Shown in pieces: positions 57,835-64,000 of a stretch of 64,000 nucleotides of DNA (position 1 is its first letter; every line of letters starts with the position of its first letter). The position numbers and the translations under genes are program-made. The notes beneath the pieces are model-generated. The model was not told where the DNA came from. It saw only the letters and a program-made list of their open reading frames with translations, and searched no databases. The stretch spans positions 195,300,001 to 195,364,000 of the forward strand of contig OZ024742.1 of the NCBI GenBank assembly GCA_964016885.1, given 5' to 3'. This DNA is from Eledone cirrhosa (lineage: Eukaryota).

Positions 57835-57884
<50 letters not shown>

Positions 57885-57929
57885 TGTGTATTTGTCGATT
57901 GTAGTGTTGACAATCACGATGCGGGTGTC

Positions 57930-57962
<33 letters not shown>

Positions 57963-58083
57963 GGTGGTGGTGGTGGTGGTGGTGATGATGATGATGATGA
58001 TGGTGGTGGTGATGATGATGATGATGATGATGACGATGACGATGCTACTGCTGCTGATGATGGTGACCGTCGTAATCATGATG

Positions 58084-58115
<32 letters not shown>

Positions 58116-58219
58116 GACGACGATGATGATGATGGTGATGATGATGATGACGAAGGCGACGACGAAGCTACTGCTGCTGATGAAGGTGACCATCGTAATC
58201 ATGATGTTGATGATGATGT

Positions 58220-58259
<40 letters not shown>

Positions 58260-58261
58260 GG

Positions 58262-58297
<36 letters not shown>

Positions 58298-58415
58298 CGA
58301 CGATGATGATGATGACGATGATGATGATGGTGATGATGATGATGATGATGATGATGACGAAGGCGACGACGAAGCTACTGCTGCTGATGAAGGTGGACTG
58401 TTGTAATCATGATGA
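57930..58415. repeat. (GAT)n/(GGT)n tract with three copies of a GCTACTGCTGCTGATGA.GGTG...GTAATCATGATGA module
   Basis: The module occurs near 58044, 58167 and 58374. Confidence 0.9.
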
Positions 58416-58549
58416 ATTCAAACGATTAAGCCATCACTCAAGTAGGAGTCTAGCCTTCCACTTGACTTGCTGTCCAGTAAAATACTTCATTCGTACAGTT
58501 TACCTTTCATCTCTGTTGATATCGCAGTTGAAGTACGAACTCTGCAATA

Positions 58550-58645
58550 TATATGTGTGTCTGGACGTATATGTATGTGTGTATGTGTGTATTTATGTGT
58601 GTGTGTGTGTACGTGTGCGTTTCTGTATGTCTGTGTGTGTGTATG

Positions 58646-58703
<58 letters not shown>

Positions 58704-58938
58704 CGTGTGTGCGTGTGTGTGTGTGTATGTCTGTGTGTGTCTGTGTATATGTATGAATATGTGTGTCCGTGTGTTTGTGTGTGTCTGTGTGCGTGTGTGT
58801 GTATGTATGTATGTATGTGTGTGTGTGTGTGTATGTATGTGTGTGTGTGTGTTTGTGTGTCTGTGTGCGTGTGTGTGTATGTATGTATGTATGTGTGTGT
58901 GTGTATGTATGTGTGTGTGTGTGTGTGTGTTTGTGTGT

Positions 58939-58993
<55 letters not shown>

Positions 58994-59045
58994 TGTGTCT
59001 GTGTGCGTGTGTGTGTATGTATGTGTGTGTGTGTGTGTGTGTGTA
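58550..59045. repeat. (TG)n/(TATG)n compound microsatellite
   Basis: Direct reading of the sequence. Confidence 0.92.
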
Positions 59046-59582
59046 ACCACCAGGTCTTTGATCGACGTCCTTCAAACTAAACATTCTATCACTACCTACT
59101 GGTATTCTTCTATATTCGCTTCGTATTACAGGCAATAGGGTAAATATGTAGGGTTTCAGGTAATGTGGTGAAAGTGTGATATGTTTAAGACCAGACTATT
59201 TAAAACTGTATTCTAGTATTAAGAGGCGTGACATGACATGGAAATTAATGTACAACTTCACCATACCTTAGAGTCTAATGTATGGTGAATTTGTACAAGG
59301 AACAATGCCGTCTAAGGCTTAGACACCTGGGTAGAATCTTGGGCTGCAGGCAACTTGTTGAAATTATAGTGAAATCGTGGTGTGATGGAGTCTTCTCCTT
59401 GTCGTTTGTTTATTTTTATCAAGCACGCCATATAGCAGCTTTCCAACTATCTACATGACTTTGCAAAGTCATGAGAGCAGACAAGGCAGTTCTACTCCTG
59501 TTTACTCCGCTTCTTCCCTTTCAAAGGTGGTGTTTTTGAGCCAATATTATACTTCCATCAACCCATTATTATTGTTGTTGAA

Positions 59583-59790
59583 AGGGCGGTGGATTAGCAG
59601 TATCAGTAAAGCGTTAGACACTATGCTTTGCAGCATAGAATTACGATCATTTACGTTTTGAGTGCAATTCTCGCCGAGGTAAGCTTTGCCTTTCATCATT
59701 ATGGGGCCGATGAAATAAAGTACCTGTAACGCACTGGGGTCAATATAATCGATTTTCCCATCCCGTCCCCCAAAATTATTGGCTTTCTGC
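59583..59790 (+). mobile_element. tRNA-derived SINE with a Nin-domain-like core
   Basis: GCCTTTCATC...GGGG.CGAT.AAATAAAGTACC...CACTGGGGTC. Homologous to 61185-61395. Confidence 0.75.
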
Positions 59791-59928
59791 TTAAATCAGA
59801 AACCATTATTGCTGTTTAATCCCAGCTTGATCAAATCTGTTCCAGTTCTGACCATTATGTCTTTTATTCTGACTATACTGTACATTGACTTCGCTATCTC
59901 TGTGTGTGTGTATATATATGTATATATA

Positions 59929-59988
<60 letters not shown>

Positions 59989-60368
59989 TATATATATATA
60001 TAGTGTTGGTATCATAAATAAGAGACAGTTTAATTTGTACATTTTATTACAGCATTCCTTTATTCGTATATATACATAAATAAACATGTTATTTACAGTT
60101 GTATAAAAAAGAAGTATAATCGTTTCTACTTTTGGCTCAAGGCCAGTAATAATCCAGTACATTACTGGATTACTGGTACTTTATTATATATAATATATAT
60201 AATACGACATTCCTCTCTCTTTCTTACACTGTCTTTATAGATAGATACATAGCTATAACGTCGCGCCCTTATGATATCTCTCTGTCTGGCTGCCTGTCTG
60301 CATTGACTTCCCTTCTAACCAACTTTTAGTTAATTATATATATATATATATAATTATATATTCGTGTA

Positions 60369-60812
60369 CATATTTTCAACAGTAATACTGTACTCTACTA
60401 TATATTTTCAACAGTAATACTATACTATATATTTTCAACTGCAATACTATATATTTTCAACAGCAATACTGTACTATACTATATATTTTCAACAGTAGTA
60501 CTGCACTATACTATATATTTTCAACAGTAATACTGTGCTATACTATATATTTTCAACAGTAATACTGTGCTATACTATATATTTTCAACAGTAATACTGT
60601 GCTATACTATATATTTTCAACAGTAATACTGTACTATATATTTTCAACAGTAATTCTGTACTATATGTATATATGTTCAACATTAATAGAATACCATATA
60701 TTTTCAACAGTAATACTATACTACTCTTATCGTCTGTTTATCGTCTGTTCAACAGTAATACTATACTAGACTTATCGTCTGTTTATCGTCTGTTCAACAG
60801 TAATACTATACT
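60369..60812 (+). repeat. About 31-bp AT-rich minisatellite (ATATTTTCAACAGTAATACTGT.CTATACT)
   Basis: The TTCAACAGTAATACT core recurs about 12 times. Confidence 0.92.
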
Positions 60813-60829
60813 ACACTTATCATCTGTTT

Positions 60830-60927
60830 ATCCAAGCGAAGCTAGGTACGTCAGCTATATATATATATATATGGATGCCGTAGAACACGCCAATGGTAGC
60901 CGGACACCAGCCGGAGGGGCCAGCTAG
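60830..60927 (+). mobile_element. Helitron-like 3' termini in tandem
   Basis: A CCGG-ACACCAG-CCGG hairpin lies 9 nt upstream of CTAG|T (60924-60927). A second, degenerate end, GCGAAGCTAGGTACGTCAGCTAT, lies upstream. Confidence 0.6.
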
Positions 60928-61184
60928 TATATATATATATGGTGGTTATATAACAACTTTCCACACAGCTATTCGCATTGAAGTTTGCAAAGAAATTTGA
61001 GATGCAAGGATTCTGTAGTTCTGTAACAGAGAGCGGACAAGACATTATTGTGCCATAGCCTAACTATCTACTGCACATTCTCAGGCAAAAACTGATGGTC
61101 TAAGTAGTTTGGAAAACGTTGTTGTTGCTGCTCTAGATGTTGTTTTTGTCTTGTTTGTGTTTTTATTATTCAATATTGTATGTG

Positions 61185-61395
61185 TGGTGGATTGGCAGTA
61201 TCGGTAGAGCCTCGGACACCATGCTTTGCAGCATAGAGTTACGCCCCTTTGTGATCTGAGTTCAAATCCCACCGAGGATAGCTTTCTCTGTCATCCTTAC
61301 GGGATCGATAAAATAAAGCACCAGTAATGCACTGGGGTCGATTTAATCAACTTTCCCCTCCCCCCAAAAAATTGCTGGCCTTTTGCCTATAATAG
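61185..61395 (+). mobile_element. tRNA-derived SINE with a Nin-domain-like core
   Basis: B-box GAGTTCAAATCC and alignment to 59583-59790. Confidence 0.78.
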
Positions 61396-61987
61396 AAATC
61401 ATTATTCAATCATGTAAGGAAGGACATTATCCATAACACTTTTCAAAGGTTCCGAGACTGGTAAGAGGAAGAGAGGAAAATTATCTTTAAAATCTAGACG
61501 TTATTCGAACGCTTGCAGCAAATTAGACTGGTAAAAGCACCCAAGGGTCAGGTGGTGGTGGGTGGGTGGATGGAGAATAAATCCTCCATCCACCCACCGC
61601 AGTAGGCCGCAGCGATATTTGAACTCAGGCAGCATAGAGTCAGAATTCGATTTTCAACTATAATGGCCTGCGTTATATGTGGTCAACTGACACACCACAT
61701 TACATTGACCATAAACTGTGTGTATTTAATCCCTTTATATATATGGTGATGCCTAGGAGGAGAAATACTGTCAGGTATGCCGAAGGTTAATAAGAACTCA
61801 GGAGACGAATGATGGAACATAAAGCCGCAATTAATACCACAATAAATTCTATTCGATACACTCACGATTCTGTCAATTTGCCAATTCACTGCCTTAATAG
61901 TCAATGCCCACCCTTTAAATCTCAGAAACCAATATTTATAGTGTTCATATACATAAAAGAATAAATTATGTTCCCTATCACAGAATG

Positions 61988-62200
61988 AAGGTATGTGGCT
62001 TATGGCTTAGGGGGTGTTTGGTTCGTGATCCTAAGCTCATGAGTTCAATGACCGGCAGTGTGATGTATCCTTGAGCAAGACAATTTATTTTACGTTGCTC
62101 CAATTCACAGGTACAAAGTAATTCAAAGAACTTCAAATGTACTTGTAATTCAAAGAACTCATCTTGTCAAACACTGCTCGTGCTGGCTGAAATTACCCTC
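61988..62200 (+). mobile_element. Degenerate SINE with a Meta-like core
   Basis: GAGTTCAAT, TCCTTGAGCAAGAC and GTTGCTCCA motifs shared with 49338-49490. Confidence 0.6.
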
Positions 62201-63794
62201 GTCAGAAACGATGACAGTCCAATGAGCACATATCACAGTGTAGATAAAGATTCTGTGAGCCCACATCTAACACATTCAATTAGTTCCCTAACCTCCGCCT
62301 TAATAAAAGACTGTGCATTTTCAAAATTATTTTATAAAAGTAACTATATTTTAGAAGAAGCATAACTTCAGGTTCTATAGAGGTTGACAATACTAAACTA
62401 TTACAGACCTGCTAACCTCTAAAAACCCAAACTGGGAGTAGCATGAAAAAAAAGTGTCCCAAAACGGAGAGAAATGAGGCAAAAGGGAGAGATTTTACAC
62501 AATGAAAGCTATATTCATTTACACAAGAGAAAACATCTCTCACCCACCCCAAAGTAGGTGGGAGATCTCCTCGTCGGATGGGGAGAGTTGACAGGTCTGC
62601 TATTCATTACGTGATGGAGTTTAGTGTAGAACAAGATTGTAAGCAAGAGAGAGATGATAACATACGAAATATTATTCGGGTATTGTAAATCTTTTGATGT
62701 AATTTAATTTGAAAAGCGAAAGTCAGTGTTTATACCAACCTGACAATGCCTTAATAGCCAGCCGAAGGGCACGACTACTATTACGACTACTATTACAGCC
62801 AAGATCTGTTGTCGAAGGAGGTTAGTATCGCCTTTTATAGTCACTAAAAGGGGCTAAAATGTTTGAGATACGAAAATACGACGATAGTTTCCTAAAATCA
62901 GTAACTAAGCATGATGTTGATAAAGATATATTTACCGAACCTGCATGTTGAAAATTGCTATGATAAAACCACGTATGATGTGGGAACCACTTTATTCAGG
63001 TAATAAGTGTCCGAAATTATTGATCATACTCACCATAGATTTTGCCATCTGTTATTACAATTTCACAACTATTTCTTTTCCTCATCTATCTCCTCTTTCT
63101 CAACCACCTCCTCCTCATCTGCTCTCTTCTCCTGCAATATATTTCACCAATAAATTTAAACAGGAAACACACATGCACATGCGCACACGTAAACAATTGT
63201 ATTTCTTTCTATTTCTACGTTGGAATTGTTCTTGAAGCTGTGTCCCCACAGAATAAAAGAACAACAGAACAACAGAACGACAGAGGCTTTATTTGAAATC
63301 TCATATTCTCGAATGAATTGTGTCCGTTCAATGTTATAAAAGTATTGTATTGAAAGCTAGGAACAAATATTGCAGGCTGTAGACACAGTGCTAATTCTAT
63401 ACAAAATGTTAGTAAAGGTTAACACCACAGAGATTCTACTATTAATTGGAACTGCATACTGCATAATGGGGCCAAAGAATTTATATTTATTAAATTACTT
63501 ATTCCGAAATTGTGTTTCTCGGAGATTCCAATAGACATCTAATCGAACACATAAAATGTGAACGCATGTGAAAGAAAATTCCTTATTACAAAATGCACAC
63601 ACCCACCCCACACCTGTTCTATTTCTTCATTCTTTATTCTTTTATTCCCGTATTCTTTTACATTTTTCAGTCATTGGGCTGGGGCCATGCTTTGTCACTA
63701 CCTTAAAGGAGTGTTTTGTCTAACATATCTACCCTAGAACTTAGTTCTTCTCAAGTGTGGTATTTATTGTATCGATCCCTATTTTATAAACTAA

Positions 63795-63940
63795 AGAATT
63801 GGCAGAAGTTAGAGAAAAAGGAAAAATGCCTTGCGGTGTTGTGTTCTGACTCTCTACGCAGTTCTGATGTCAAATCCCACTGAGATCAATTATAGGCTTC
63901 ATTCTTTGAGGTTTGATAAAAAAAAAAGAAGTATCTGTCT
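63795..63940 (+). mobile_element. Degenerate Nin-like SINE
   Basis: TTGGCAGAA...TCAAATCCCACTGAG...TTCATTCTTT...TTGATAAAA resembles 61185-61395. Confidence 0.55.
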
Positions 63941-64000
63941 GGGGCGGCGGGGTATAGGAATTGTTAAAGTTTTAGACAAGATACCTGGTGGCATTTGTTT

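Noticed and set aside
57558-59138. Poly-Asp, poly-Met and VC-repeat ORFs
   Set aside because: These are (GAT)n and (GT)n microsatellites with no supporting gene structure.

Overview
Eukaryotic, repeat-dominated DNA. It is most likely from an octopus or other coleoid cephalopod; this is an inference from the SINE sequences and the extreme density of (TA)n, (CA)n and (TATG)n. No intact protein-coding gene can be supported. Bases 1-~29,220 are a single 38-bp tandem satellite of about 770 copies with nested higher-order duplications. Its huge ORFs are artefacts of a monomer with no stop codon on the + strand. Bases 31.5-40.7 kb hold a CA-rich array and oppositely oriented GT-rich arrays, facing each other across a ~250-bp unique island. 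The rest is microsatellites plus decayed mobile elements: an R4/Dong-like RLE non-LTR retrotransposon, RTE-like pieces, a CRE-like endonuclease fragment, Helitron fragments and 3' ends, tRNA-derived SINEs, a palindromic MITE-like element, and minimal hammerhead-ribozyme-like motifs. The most unusual signal is that three different tandem arrays each end, on their C-rich strand, in related short anchor sequences. This suggests an undescribed element that seeds satellites. All alignments and family assignments were made by eye or from memory.
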